Positions 48,108-60,403 of a DNA stretch of 64,000 nucleotides are shown in pieces. Below the pieces are notes generated by a model that was not told the DNA's origin, did no database searches, and saw nothing but the letters and a program-made list of their open reading frames with translations. Each line of letters opens with the position of its first letter. The stretch's first letter is position 1. The translations under genes and the position numbers were made by a program. The stretch lies in the NCBI RefSeq assembly GCF_044647545.1, contig NZ_CP172818.1. One strand, 5' to 3'. This DNA is from Escherichia coli. GTDB taxonomy: Bacteria; Pseudomonadota; Gammaproteobacteria; Enterobacterales; Enterobacteriaceae.

Positions 48108-49469
48108 ATGTCTTTCGATTCTTTGGGTTTAAGCCCTGATATCCTGCGCGCCGTTGCCGAGCAGGGTTACCGTGAACCCACCCCTATTCAGCAGCAGGCG
48201 ATCCCTGCGGTGCTGGAAGGCCGCGACCTGATGGCCAGCGCCCAGACCGGTACCGGCAAAACAGCGGGCTTTACGCTGCCGCTGTTGCAACACCTGATCA
48301 CTCGCCAGCCGCACGCCAAAGGGCGTCGTCCGGTACGTGCGCTCATTCTTACCCCAACCCGTGAACTGGCGGCGCAGATTGGCGAAAACGTCCGTGATTA
48401 CAGCAAATACCTGAATATCCGTTCGCTGGTGGTGTTTGGCGGTGTCAGCATTAACCCGCAGATGATGAAGTTGCGCGGCGGCGTTGATGTGCTGGTGGCA
48501 ACGCCGGGACGTCTGCTGGACCTGGAACATCAGAATGCGGTGAAGCTGGATCAGGTTGAAATCCTCGTCCTCGATGAAGCTGACCGCATGCTCGACATGG
48601 GCTTTATCCACGATATCCGTCGCGTGTTAACAAAACTGCCAGCGAAGCGCCAGAACCTGTTGTTCTCCGCGACCTTCTCTGACGATATTAAAGCTCTGGC
48701 GGAAAAACTGTTGCACAACCCGCTGGAAATCGAAGTGGCACGCCGCAATACCGCGTCTGATCAGGTGACCCAGCATGTTCACTTTGTCGATAAGAAACGC
48801 AAACGCGAATTGCTGTCGCACATGATTGGGAAAGGGAACTGGCAGCAGGTGCTGGTGTTTACCCGTACCAAACATGGCGCTAACCATCTCGCTGAACAGC
48901 TCAATAAAGATGGCATCCGTAGTGCGGCGATCCACGGTAATAAATCGCAAGGTGCGCGTACTCGTGCGCTGGCCGATTTTAAATCGGGCGATATTCGTGT
49001 ACTGGTGGCAACTGACATCGCTGCGCGCGGCCTGGATATTGAAGAGCTGCCGCACGTGGTCAACTATGAACTGCCAAACGTACCGGAAGATTATGTCCAC
49101 CGTATCGGGCGTACCGGTCGTGCGGCTGCTACCGGTGAAGCGTTGTCGCTGGTGTGTGTTGATGAACACAAACTGCTGCGTGATATCGAAAAACTGCTGA
49201 AAAAAGAGATCCCGCGCATTGCGATTCCGGGGTATGAGCCGGACCCGTCAATCAAAGCCGAACCGATACAGAACGGTCGCCAGCAACGTGGCGGCGGTCG
49301 TGGACAAGGCGGTGGTCGCGGTCAACAGCAACCACGCCGTGCGGAAAGTGGTGCGAAGTCTGGTAACGCGAAGCCCGCAGAAAAACCGTCTCGTCGTCCC
49401 GGCGATGCCAAACCGGCAGGCGAACAACAACGTCGCCGCCGTCCGCGTAAACCTGCCGCTGCGCAGTAA
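48108..49469 (+). CDS. rhlE: ATP-dependent DEAD-box RNA helicase
   Basis: ORF with motifs [21 protein letters not shown] and a basic R/G-rich C-terminal tail. Confidence 0.97.
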   Translation: MSFDSLGLSPDILRAVAEQGYREPTPIQQQAIPAVLEGRDLMASAQTGTGKTAGFTLPLLQHLITRQPHAKGRRPVRALILTPTRELAAQIGENVRDYSKYLNIRSLVVFGGVSINPQMMKLRGGVDVLVATPGRLLDLEHQNAVKLDQVEILVLDEADRMLDMGFIHDIRRVLTKLPAKRQNLLFSATFSDDIKALAEKLLHNPLEIEVARRNTASDQVTQHVHFVDKKRKRELLSHMIGKGNWQQVLVFTRTKHGANHLAEQLNKDGIRSAAIHGNKSQGARTRALADFKSGDIRVLVATDIAARGLDIEELPHVVNYELPNVPEDYVHRIGRTGRAAATGEALSLVCVDEHKLLRDIEKLLKKEIPRIAIPGYEPDPSIKAEPIQNGRQQRGGGRGQGGGRGQQQPRRAESGAKSGNAKPAEKPSRRPGDAKPAGEQQRRRRPRKPAAAQ

Positions 49470-49475
49470 TCTTTT

Positions 49476-49622
<147 letters not shown>

Positions 49623-49702
49623 TTCACAACAAGCACTTGTCAGCAATTTGAGAACACGGGAAAAAATTTCTCTGTTTTACCTCCCATAAGCCACCCGAGA
49701 CG

Positions 49703-50185
49703 TTACTTCTCTATAGCCAATTGTTCGCGCAACTCCATTAAAAGGTAGCCCAGTCGATTCTTGCCCTTACCATTACCACCGTCTCCCCAGTAAGCATCAT
49801 TTTCCGTATGCTCAACCAGTTTTGCGGGCGCGGTTGCCAGCAAGAGCGCACGCAGTTCTGCATGCTGTTCGAATTTAGCGCGAAGTGCTTTTCGCATCAC
49901 CTGTTCTTTGACCGACTCCCAGTTTTTACGCAGAGGCTTAGAACGATCGCGCCCCATGCGTGCGGCGACCATAGGGGAAGAAACCCGACGGATCTCTTCG
50001 CGGTATTTTTCATCAAGGAATTTTTGTGCCTGAAAATAGTGTTCTGAGGTGGGCCAGGTTTTCCCGTCAACCTTGATGGGCCAGGCGGCAAAGTTAGAAA
50101 AATCACCGTAGTCATCGCCGGTGCTGTAGAAATTTATGATGGTGTCTTGCATGACGTGTTGGATCCTTTGTGCTCGAACGGGCAT
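49703..50185 (-). CDS. ybiA: N-glycosidase YbiA (DUF1768)
   Basis: 160-aa ORF divergent from dinG. Confidence 0.92.
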   Translation of the reverse strand: MPVRAQRIQHVMQDTIINFYSTGDDYGDFSNFAAWPIKVDGKTWPTSEHYFQAQKFLDEKYREEIRRVSSPMVAARMGRDRSKPLRKNWESVKEQVMRKALRAKFEQHAELRALLLATAPAKLVEHTENDAYWGDGGNGKGKNRLGYLLMELREQLAIEK

Positions 50186-50270
50186 TAAACCGCATTATGT
50201 TGATGGTTATTGCGAGCCGCTTTCCAGAAACAGAAAAACCATTACCCCTGAAAACCGAAAAATGCCACAA

Positions 50271-50290
50271 TATTGGCTGTTTATACAGTA
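50271..50290 (+). promoter_or_regulatory. non-canonical LexA box of dinG
   Basis: tattggCTGTttatACAGta, 15 nt upstream of the dinG ATG; right half-site is consensus, left half-site diverges. Confidence 0.65.
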
Positions 50291-50304
50291 TTTCAGGTTT
50301 TCTC

Positions 50305-52455
50305 ATGGCATTAACCGCCGCGCTTAAAGCGCAAATTGCCGCCTGGTATAAGGCGCTTCAGGAACAGATCCCCGACTTTATTCCCCGTGCGCCGCAGCGG
50401 CAGATGATTGCGGACGTCGCCAAAACGCTGGCCGGAGAAGAAGGGCGGCATCTGGCGATTGAAGCACCCACCGGCGTTGGGAAAACGCTCTCCTATTTGA
50501 TCCCCGGCATCGCCATTGCCCGCGAAGAGCAAAAAACGCTGGTGGTAAGTACCGCCAACGTGGCATTGCAGGATCAGATCTACAGCAAAGATTTACCGCT
50601 GCTGAAAAAGATCATTCCCGATCTTAAATTCACTGCTGCTTTTGGGCGTGGGCGCTACGTTTGCCCGCGTAATCTGACGGCGCTCGCCAGTACTGAACCC
50701 ACGCAACAGGATCTGCTGGCGTTTCTTGACGACGAGCTGACACCGAACAATCAGGAAGAGCAAAAACGTTGTGCGAAGCTGAAGGGCGATCTCGACACTT
50801 ATAAATGGGATGGCCTGCGCGATCATACTGATATCGCTATAGATGATGATCTCTGGCGTCGTTTGAGTACCGACAAAGCCAGCTGCCTCAACCGCAACTG
50901 TTACTACTATCGCGAATGCCCGTTTTTTGTTGCTCGTCGGGAAATTCAGGAAGCGGAAGTGGTGGTGGCAAACCATGCGCTGGTGATGGCGGCGATGGAA
51001 AGCGAAGCCGTATTGCCTGACCCGAAAAATTTACTGCTGGTGCTGGACGAAGGTCATCACCTGCCAGATGTGGCGCGGGATGCGCTGGAGATGAGCGCCG
51101 AAATCACCGCGCCCTGGTATCGACTACAGTTGGACTTGTTCACGAAACTGGTCGCTACCTGCATGGAGCAGTTTCGCCCGAAGACCATCCCACCGCTGGC
51201 GATCCCTGAACGTTTGAATGCGCATTGTGAAGAGCTGTATGAGCTTATCGCCTCGTTAAACAACATTCTCAATCTCTACATGCCTGCCGGGCAGGAGGCA
51301 GAGCACCGTTTTGCGATGGGCGAACTGCCTGATGAAGTGCAGGAGATCTGCCAGCGGCTGGCAAAACTCACCGAGATGCTGCGTGGCCTGGCGGAGTTAT
51401 TTCTTAACGATTTAAGTGAGAAAACCGGCAGCCATGACATTGTACGTCTGCATCGGTTGATTTTGCAGATGAATCGCGCGTTGGGGATGTTCGAGGCGCA
51501 AAGCAAACTCTGGCGGCTGGCGTCTCTGGCGCAATCTTCCGGTGCGCCGGTGACCAAATGGGCGACGCGGGAAGAGCGCGAAGGGCAGCTGCATCTCTGG
51601 TTTCACTGTGTGGGTATTCGTGTCAGCGATCAGCTGGAAAGGCTGCTGTGGCGCAGTATTCCGCACATTATTGTCACCTCCGCAACCTTGCGTTCGCTGA
51701 ACAGTTTTTCGCGTTTGCAGGAGATGAGTGGTCTGAAAGAGAAAGCGGGCGACCGTTTTGTGGCGCTGGATTCCCCCTTCAACCACTGCGAACAGGGCAA
51801 AATTGTTATTCCCCGGATGCGCGTTGAGCCTTCTCTCGACAACGAAGAGCAGCATATTGCCGAAATGGCGGCCTTTTTCCGTAAGCAGGTGGAGAGCAAA
51901 AAACATCTCGGTATGTTGGTACTGTTTGCCAGCGGACGGGCGATGCAGCGCTTTCTCGACTATGTGACGGATTTACGTCTGATGTTGCTGGTGCAGGGCG
52001 ATCAGCCGCGTTACCGTTTAGTTGAACTGCACCGCAAACGCGTCGCCAACGGTGAGCGCAGCGTGCTGGTGGGCTTACAGTCATTTGCCGAAGGGCTTGA
52101 TCTGAAAGGCGATCTGCTCAGCCAGGTGCATATCCACAAAATCGCTTTTCCGCCCATCGACAGTCCGGTGGTGATCACCGAAGGTGAATGGCTGAAAAGC
52201 CTCAACCGCTATCCGTTTGAGGTGCAAAGCCTGCCGAGCGCTTCGTTTAACCTGATTCAGCAGGTTGGGCGACTGATTCGAAGCCACGGTTGCTGGGGGG
52301 AAGTGGTTATCTACGACAAACGCTTGCTGACCAAAAATTATGGCAAGCGACTACTGGATGCATTACCGGTATTTCCGATAGAGCAACCGGAAGTCCCTGA
52401 AGGTATAGTTAAAAAGAAAGAAAAAACGAAATCCCCACGCCGTCGGCGGCGTTAA
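50305..52455 (+). CDS. dinG: ATP-dependent DNA helicase DinG (Fe-S, XPD-like)
   Basis: Start chosen at MALTAALKAQIAAWYK (716 aa); motifs APTGVGKT and VLDEGHHL; LexA-like box 15 nt upstream. Confidence 0.93.
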   Translation: MALTAALKAQIAAWYKALQEQIPDFIPRAPQRQMIADVAKTLAGEEGRHLAIEAPTGVGKTLSYLIPGIAIAREEQKTLVVSTANVALQDQIYSKDLPLLKKIIPDLKFTAAFGRGRYVCPRNLTALASTEPTQQDLLAFLDDELTPNNQEEQKRCAKLKGDLDTYKWDGLRDHTDIAIDDDLWRRLSTDKASCLNRNCYYYRECPFFVARREIQEAEVVVANHALVMAAMESEAVLPDPKNLLLVLDEGHHLPDVARDALEMSAEITAPWYRLQLDLFTKLVATCMEQFRPKTIPPLAIPERLNAHCEELYELIASLNNILNLYMPAGQEAEHRFAMGELPDEVQEICQRLAKLTEMLRGLAELFLNDLSEKTGSHDIVRLHRLILQMNRALGMFEAQSKLWRLASLAQSSGAPVTKWATREEREGQLHLWFHCVGIRVSDQLERLLWRSIPHIIVTSATLRSLNSFSRLQEMSGLKEKAGDRFVALDSPFNHCEQGKIVIPRMRVEPSLDNEEQHIAEMAAFFRKQVESKKHLGMLVLFASGRAMQRFLDYVTDLRLMLLVQGDQPRYRLVELHRKRVANGERSVLVGLQSFAEGLDLKGDLLSQVHIHKIAFPPIDSPVVITEGEWLKSLNRYPFEVQSLPSASFNLIQQVGRLIRSHGCWGEVVIYDKRLLTKNYGKRLLDALPVFPIEQPEVPEGIVKKKEKTKSPRRRRR

Positions 52456-52482
52456 TGATGTGAGTCAGGTAAGGAGTCGTAA

Positions 52483-53445
<963 letters not shown>

Positions 53446-53451
53446 TTCTTT

Positions 53452-54669
<1,218 letters not shown>

Positions 54670-54671
<2 letters not shown>

Positions 54672-54699
54672 AAAAAAGCCCGTCCAGTGGCGGACGGGC
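54670..54699 (-). terminator. hairpin with T-run on minus strand between ybiC and ybiJ
   Basis: gcccgtcc-N6-ggacgggc stem; minus strand reads hairpin then TTTTTTTT, consistent with a ybiJ terminator. Confidence 0.6.
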
Positions 54700-54809
54700 A
54701 AACAAGGGTAACATAGGATCAATGAGGGTTAGAGCATATGCGTCTGTCGGCAAACAGACAGGGAAATACTTGTGCTGAACGTAGCGTAACCGCCTGATTA
54801 GCATACGAA

Positions 54810-55070
54810 TTACTTATAAATTACCGCAGTACCGCTTAATTTATTGTTGTTGGTGGCAGAAGTGATGCTGTATCCACTGGCACCGGCCGCCGCGGCTTTC
54901 TCAGCCAGTTTCGCTTCCAGGGCATCGAGGGTGGATGCGCCATCGGCAGAAACCACGCCGATTTTATTCATGTTCTGTGCCTGGGATGCCGTTACCGGTT
55001 CCGCCGCGAACACGCCAAATGACAGAGTTGAAAGAGCCATAGCAGCAACAACAGTATTGATAGTTTTCAT
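54810..55070 (-). CDS. ybiJ: DUF1471 (YhcN-family) periplasmic small protein
   Basis: 86-aa ORF with signal peptide; paralogous to McbA (shared ...DLE.KLAEKA... and GTA(V/I)IYK motifs). Confidence 0.9.
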   Translation of the reverse strand: MKTINTVVAAMALSTLSFGVFAAEPVTASQAQNMNKIGVVSADGASTLDALEAKLAEKAAAAGASGYSITSATNNNKLSGTAVIYK

Positions 55071-55334
55071 AATTAATCTCTCGCAGGTGATTTTTGTATA
55101 AGTGACGTTGTTTCGTCGATGTGATGAGTATCACGTTTTTTTACGAGAGATAAAATCGAAGAGAATTGACCGCCTTGTTCAAATAAATTGATTGATATCT
55201 AACATACTGATAAACCATTTATTTGTTGTACTTATGGACTTGTTTTATACCGCGTGGCAGTCACGGTAGCGTTAAAGGCACGGAATGCCACGCAAAATAC
55301 AAATTATACTCGCTATACATCCCGCCAGTTGTAG

Positions 55335-55601
55335 TTAACGTAACTGGCTGTCTTTCGAACCTCTGCGATTATATCCTGTATAAGCTGGTTTTTGTAAATC
55401 TTTCTCCTGCTGACAATGAATGCATAAGCGCACGCCAGGAATGGCTTCCCGACGGGCCTGCGGGATAGGGGCACCGCACTCTTCACATTCATACAGGCTT
55501 TCGCCATGCGGAATTTCACCCCGAGCGCGGGCAATCGCATCTTCAATTGTACTGTTGATCTGTTCGTTGACGGCGTCATCATTAGCCCAACCGGATGCCA
55601 T
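55335..55601 (-). CDS. ybiI: DksA/TraR-family C4 zinc-finger protein
   Basis: 88-aa ORF with CEECGAPIPQARREAIPGVRLCIHCQ (CxxC-N17-CxxC). Confidence 0.9.
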   Translation of the reverse strand: MASGWANDDAVNEQINSTIEDAIARARGEIPHGESLYECEECGAPIPQARREAIPGVRLCIHCQQEKDLQKPAYTGYNRRGSKDSQLR

Positions 55602-55674
55602 ATCGTCCTCCCCATATCAATGCTTGTACAGCTAAGTGTAGCTAATATAGGGACGAACTCGGGCAGTTCAAGCG

Positions 55675-56352
55675 TCAGATCTCCGACCATTCCCGCAGCA
55701 GATTATGATAAAGATTGAGCAGCGACAGGATCTCTTCACTTTCGCCATGGCGGCTTTTCAGCGACTGAATATTGGTGTCCAGTTCGAACAGCATGGCGCG
55801 CTTTTTATCATCGCGGATCATCGACTGGATCCACATAAATGATGCCACCCGTACGCCACGGGTTACGGGTGTCACGCAGTGCAGGCTGCTGGAAGGGTAC
55901 AACACCAGATCGCCTGCCGGGAGTTTTACCCGATGTTGCCCGAAGGTGTCATTAACGACCAGTTCGCCGCCGTCGTAGCTTTCTGGATCGCTTAAAAACA
56001 GCGTGGCAGAAAGGTCAGTGCGCATCCAGCCGTTTTGTGGATGGCTGCGTACTGCGCCATCCACATGGAAACCATAGGTTTCATTGTTCTGATAGCGATT
56101 AAACAGCGGCGTGGAAAGGGTACGCGGCAAGGCCGCGGCAAAGAACAAAGCATGTTGATTAACCGCGTTCAGCACCTCATTTTGCAGGGCGGCGTATAAC
56201 GTGCTGCGGGTGTCTACCTGTTGATTGTTCTTAACTTGCGCACCTTGTGCGCCGGTGGTGACGCGTCCATCCACCCATTCGGCTTGTTCCAGTTGTTCGC
56301 GAAACCGGGCGACGTCCTTTGGCGATAGCACGCCGGGAATGTGGTACATCAT
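55675..56352 (-). CDS. ybiX: Fe(II)/2-oxoglutarate-dependent oxygenase (PKHD-type hydroxylase)
   Basis: Start chosen at [11 protein letters not shown] (225 aa); HxD motif (FHVDGA) ; directly downstream of fiu. Confidence 0.9.
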   Translation of the reverse strand: MMYHIPGVLSPKDVARFREQLEQAEWVDGRVTTGAQGAQVKNNQQVDTRSTLYAALQNEVLNAVNQHALFFAAALPRTLSTPLFNRYQNNETYGFHVDGAVRSHPQNGWMRTDLSATLFLSDPESYDGGELVVNDTFGQHRVKLPAGDLVLYPSSSLHCVTPVTRGVRVASFMWIQSMIRDDKKRAMLFELDTNIQSLKSRHGESEEILSLLNLYHNLLREWSEI

Positions 56353-56393
56353 ACAAGTTCTCCAAAAAATGGGGCCTGCGCCCCACATCTGAA

Positions 56394-58676
56394 TCAGAAA
56401 TGCATATTGGCCGTGAGCAAGAAGGTTCTTGGCTCGCCCGGGTGATAACGGTAGCCGCTCTTGTTGATTGAGGCGACGTAATCGGTATCAAACAGGTTGT
56501 AGACGTTTAGCTGGAAGTCGAGATTGCGATTAACCCGATACCCCAGTTTAGCGTCGGCGACCCAATAACCTTCGGTAAACGCTGGCGTTCCCACCGCGCC
56601 GTCAGAACCTTTATGCATACTGCCGATATACCGTGCGCCCGCACCAACGGAAATATCATCGGTTGCCTGATATTGGCTCCATAAGGTAAAGGCGTGCTCC
56701 GGCGTATAGGGCAGCGATGAGGAACCATCTTGGGCAACATCTTTGCCGTTTTTGATGGTTGCTTTTTGCTGGGTATAGCCGCCAATCACCTGCCACGCGG
56801 GAGTGATATTCCCGGCCACGGATATCTCATAGCCTTCGACGCGTTTCTTACCGTATTGCGAGTAAGTTCCGTCATCATTTTGCTCAACTTCATTTTCGAT
56901 ATCAGTACGGAACAGCGCGGCGGTGAGCAACAGGCGTTTATCCAGAACCTGCCATTTGGTGCCAATCTCGCTGGTGTTGGCTTTTTGCGGTTTAAAATCG
57001 GTGCGGTTGGCACTGTTACCGCTGCCAGACTGCGCAAGGGCGAAGTTGTTGCCGCCCGGCGGCTGCTGGGAAACGGCATAGTTAATATAGACATTGCCGT
57101 TTTCCGTCAGGTGATACAGCGCCCCGGCTTTCCAGTTCACCAGATTGCCCGACTTGGCGGTATCGACGGTGGTGACCGGAGAACCTTTTGCCACGCCAGC
57201 AGGGCAGGTGATGGCACCGCGTCCGCTGCCGCCGCAGGCGGTGGCACTGTCATATTCAGTATGATAATTATCCAGACGGATCCCGCCGTTCAGCTCAAAA
57301 TCACGGGTGATTTGCAGCGTATCGAAGGCGTAAATTGCGAAGGTATCCGTCTGACCATTGGCGTTTGCGCCGTTGCGCGTCAGGCCGCCGGGATGAATGC
57401 TGCTGTCAGGATGATAAATATTTACCGCAGGTAACGTCACCGGATTAACGCCGTAGTTAGTCTGCGTTTCACGGGTAAATTCCACGCCGGTACTGACATC
57501 ATGACCGATAGAACCGGTATAGAACGTCGAGGTCAGGTTGGTCTGGTTGGTGAGAATTTTATTACTCACATCTTTAGTATTCGCCGTGCGTGACCAGGTC
57601 CAGCTATTCACATCGCTGGTGGGCTGGGTAATATTCGACGCCCCGCCCATAATCGCCGTCATCAGGTAATCCTGCTTCACGCGCGACCAACGGGTAGTAT
57701 TGCGAATGGTGGTGTTATCGTTGATGTCGTGCTCAAAACGCATGGTAGCGGTGTCGGTGGTCGAATCGTCGTAATCGGAATCCGTGCCGTAAAAGTTATG
57801 CGTATCAACTTTTCCGGAATGATTCAGGGCCGCCGTTCCCGCAGATGGGGCAGAATAACCCGGTAAACCGATGGTCGGAATGCCGCCGTCTGGCGTGTTG
57901 TGCTGGGTGACATGCAGATAATTAAGATACAAACGATTCGCTGTACCAAGGCCAAAAGCGACAGAAGGGGCGACGCCGTAACGCTCATTTTTGACTTTGT
58001 CGCGTCCGGCATCGTGCGTTTTTTCGCCCATCACGTTCAGGCGCACCGCAGTGGTATCACCAATGACCTGATTGACGTCCAGCGTGCCGCGGCGGAACCA
58101 GGCGCTGCCAATACTCGCGGAGGCGTCAATGCCCGAATCATTGCGCGGCTGCTTGCTGATCATATTGATCGAGCCCGTCGGCGCGCTGCGCCCGTAGTCG
58201 GTGCCGGACGGCCCTTTAATTACTTCGACCTGCTCGGTATTGAAGGTGTCGCGCGAGACGCTGCCGATATCGCGAATGCCATCAATATAAATACTGTTAG
58301 AAGTATCGGCACCGCGCATATAAATGGCGTCGCCAGTGGTGGAGTTACCGTTCTCACCCGCAAAAAACGCACCCACGCCGGGGACGTTTTTGAGCGCGTC
58401 GGTAAGGTTGGTTGCGCCCTGATCTTTAATCACTTGTTCAGAAATCACCGTCATCGTGCGGGTAGTATCCGCTACCGGACGCGAGAATTTCGGATCGGCA
58501 GATTGTTGTGGCGCATAAAGCGAAGGCGTTGATGCTTCGACAACCAGCGTGTCATCCGCGTTAGTTTGCCCTTCGGCGGCGAGAGCCTGAGCCACAGGCG
58601 TGATGCCAATACAAAGACCGGCAAAGAACGTGAGCGAATGAAATTGTCTGGCAGGGAAATTGCGATTGTTTTCCAT
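56394..58676 (-). CDS. fiu: TonB-dependent catecholate siderophore receptor
   Basis: 760-aa ORF with signal peptide, TonB-box-like DTLVVEA, and C-terminal ...LTANMHF (terminal Phe); Fur-box-like AT-rich site upstream. Confidence 0.96.
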   Translation of the reverse strand: MENNRNFPARQFHSLTFFAGLCIGITPVAQALAAEGQTNADDTLVVEASTPSLYAPQQSADPKFSRPVADTTRTMTVISEQVIKDQGATNLTDALKNVPGVGAFFAGENGNSTTGDAIYMRGADTSNSIYIDGIRDIGSVSRDTFNTEQVEVIKGPSGTDYGRSAPTGSINMISKQPRNDSGIDASASIGSAWFRRGTLDVNQVIGDTTAVRLNVMGEKTHDAGRDKVKNERYGVAPSVAFGLGTANRLYLNYLHVTQHNTPDGGIPTIGLPGYSAPSAGTAALNHSGKVDTHNFYGTDSDYDDSTTDTATMRFEHDINDNTTIRNTTRWSRVKQDYLMTAIMGGASNITQPTSDVNSWTWSRTANTKDVSNKILTNQTNLTSTFYTGSIGHDVSTGVEFTRETQTNYGVNPVTLPAVNIYHPDSSIHPGGLTRNGANANGQTDTFAIYAFDTLQITRDFELNGGIRLDNYHTEYDSATACGGSGRGAITCPAGVAKGSPVTTVDTAKSGNLVNWKAGALYHLTENGNVYINYAVSQQPPGGNNFALAQSGSGNSANRTDFKPQKANTSEIGTKWQVLDKRLLLTAALFRTDIENEVEQNDDGTYSQYGKKRVEGYEISVAGNITPAWQVIGGYTQQKATIKNGKDVAQDGSSSLPYTPEHAFTLWSQYQATDDISVGAGARYIGSMHKGSDGAVGTPAFTEGYWVADAKLGYRVNRNLDFQLNVYNLFDTDYVASINKSGYRYHPGEPRTFLLTANMHF

Positions 58677-58780
58677 TTTGCAGGTGACTTTTTCTTATAT
58701 GTTGAAATTTTCACTGCCACGAGAAAGCATCTCTGCGGATGCGATGCCACTGTTAATCTCGTGATAGCGTTCGTGCAAGT

Positions 58781-58807
58781 GATAATAATTTTGATAAGCA
58801 TTATCAC
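58781..58807 (-). promoter_or_regulatory. Fur box(es) in fiu promoter
   Basis: gataataattttgataagcattatcac, overlapping GATAAT/CATTATC Fur hexamer arrays, about 105-130 nt upstream of fiu ATG. Confidence 0.65.
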
Positions 58808-58940
58808 TTAGCGCGATTTTCTATCACCCATTGCGCGAAAAAGAAATACATTTATTTACATTGCGTTCATATTTGATGTTTTTTGCTTACAAATCGGACG
58901 AAAACTGCATCCAGAGGCGAATGCAGTTACGTTGGTGGGG

Positions 58941-59201
58941 TTATTTGTAGATGATTGCAGTACCGAACATCTGGTCATTTCCGCCTGCGGAATTAATGAC
59001 ATAACCTTTCGCGCCTTGTTCGCGCGCTTTTTCTGCCAGTTTATCCTCCAGATCGCTTAGGTTTGATGCGCCAGTTGCCGAAACGGTACCGGCGGGCCGT
59101 AGCTGACCGCTGTCCAGGTTACTCATCGGTTGCGCGGCATAAGCCGTGAGAGAGATTCCGCTCAGGACGGTGGCAATCAGTAGTGTGAGGCACTTTTTCA
59201 T
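58941..59201 (-). CDS. mcbA: DUF1471 periplasmic protein McbA
   Basis: Start chosen at MKKCLTLLIATVLSGISLTAYA (86 aa); the longer ORF to 59345 is an upstream extension. Confidence 0.88.
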   Translation of the reverse strand: MKKCLTLLIATVLSGISLTAYAAQPMSNLDSGQLRPAGTVSATGASNLSDLEDKLAEKAREQGAKGYVINSAGGNDQMFGTAIIYK

Positions 59202-59476
59202 AATGACATCCTCATAAATACAACGGGTAGTGCCTGATAAGTGTAGGTCGCCTGGGCGATGAAAATGACGCAAAAAATTGACAGAGATGTGCTTGTTTTT
59301 TGAACGATATATTTTTACAAAACAAGACAAATCAATGATATGCATAATGCTGACTTTTATGATGAATTGCCATAAACCATAGCCATGTGAAGGTTTATAG
59401 AAATGATAAACGCAGCCAGATATTTACCCTGTCGCGTTATGCGGGTATCTTACGCCGCTGCTTAAAGGAGAATGCT

Positions 59477-60403
59477 ATGTCCGCCCAGAAACCGGGGTTG
59501 CATCCGCGCAACCGTCATCACAGCCGCTACGATCTCGCCACGCTTTGTCAGGTCAATCCTGAACTCAGGCAATTCCTCACGCTTACACCCGCCGGGGAGC
59601 AAAGCGTAGACTTTGCCAATCCGCTGGCGGTGAAGGCGCTCAATAAGGCGTTGCTGGCCCATTTTTACGCCGTAGCGAACTGGGATATCCCCGACGGTTT
59701 TCTCTGCCCACCAGTACCGGGCCGGGCGGATTATATTCATCACCTTGCCGATTTACTGGCAGAAGCAACAGGATCAATTCCAGCTAATGCCAGCATTCTG
59801 GATATCGGCGTTGGTGCGAACTGTATTTATCCGCTGATTGGCGTACATGAATATGGCTGGCGTTTTACTGGTAGTGAAACCAGCAGCCAGGCGTTAAGCA
59901 GTGCGCAGGCGATCATCAGTGCTAATCCGGGGCTTAACCGCGCCATTCGTCTGCGTCGGCAAAAAGAGAGTGGGGCGATTTTTAACGGCATCATCCATAA
60001 AAACGAGCAATACGACGCGACCTTGTGTAACCCGCCATTCCACGATTCCGCCGCTGCGGCACGGGCAGGTAGTGAACGTAAACGCCGTAACCTGGGGCTA
60101 AACAAAGACGATGCACTGAATTTTGGTGGTCAGCAACAGGAGTTGTGGTGTGAAGGCGGTGAAGTCGCTTTTATTAAAAAGATGATTGAAGAGAGCAAAG
60201 GCTTCGCGAAGCAGGTGATGTGGTTTACCTCGCTGGTATCTCGTGGTGAAAACTTACCGCCGTTGTATCGTGCCCTGACGGACGTGGGCGCGGTGAAGGT
60301 GGTTAAAAAAGAGATGGCCCAGGGGCAAAAGCAGAGTCGCTTTATTGCCTGGACCTTTATGAACGACGAGCAGCGCCGCCGTTTTGTCAATCGCCAGCGT
60401 TAA
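59477..60403 (+). CDS. rlmF: 23S rRNA m6A1618 methyltransferase
   Basis: Start chosen at [15 protein letters not shown] with AAGGAG RBS (308 aa); SAM-MTase motifs [12 protein letters not shown] and NPPF. Confidence 0.92.
   Translation: MSAQKPGLHPRNRHHSRYDLATLCQVNPELRQFLTLTPAGEQSVDFANPLAVKALNKALLAHFYAVANWDIPDGFLCPPVPGRADYIHHLADLLAEATGSIPANASILDIGVGANCIYPLIGVHEYGWRFTGSETSSQALSSAQAIISANPGLNRAIRLRRQKESGAIFNGIIHKNEQYDATLCNPPFHDSAAAARAGSERKRRNLGLNKDDALNFGGQQQELWCEGGEVAFIKKMIEESKGFAKQVMWFTSLVSRGENLPPLYRALTDVGAVKVVKKEMAQGQKQSRFIAWTFMNDEQRRRFVNRQR

Noticed and set aside
48627-49169. 180-aa minus-strand ORF inside rhlE, and 184-aa minus ORF at 52540-53094 inside ybiB
   Set aside because: Both are antisense shadow ORFs within genes that have clear motif support.
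56730-58532. Two plus-strand ORFs (234 and 210 aa) antisense to fiu
   Set aside because: Both lie inside the TonB-dependent receptor gene; Gly/Arg-rich translations typical of reverse frames of beta-barrel genes.
59202-59345. N-terminal extension of mcbA (ORF track start 59345)
   Set aside because: The signal peptide begins at MKKCLTLLIATV (59201); the extension has no signal-peptide logic and would occupy the divergent promoter region.
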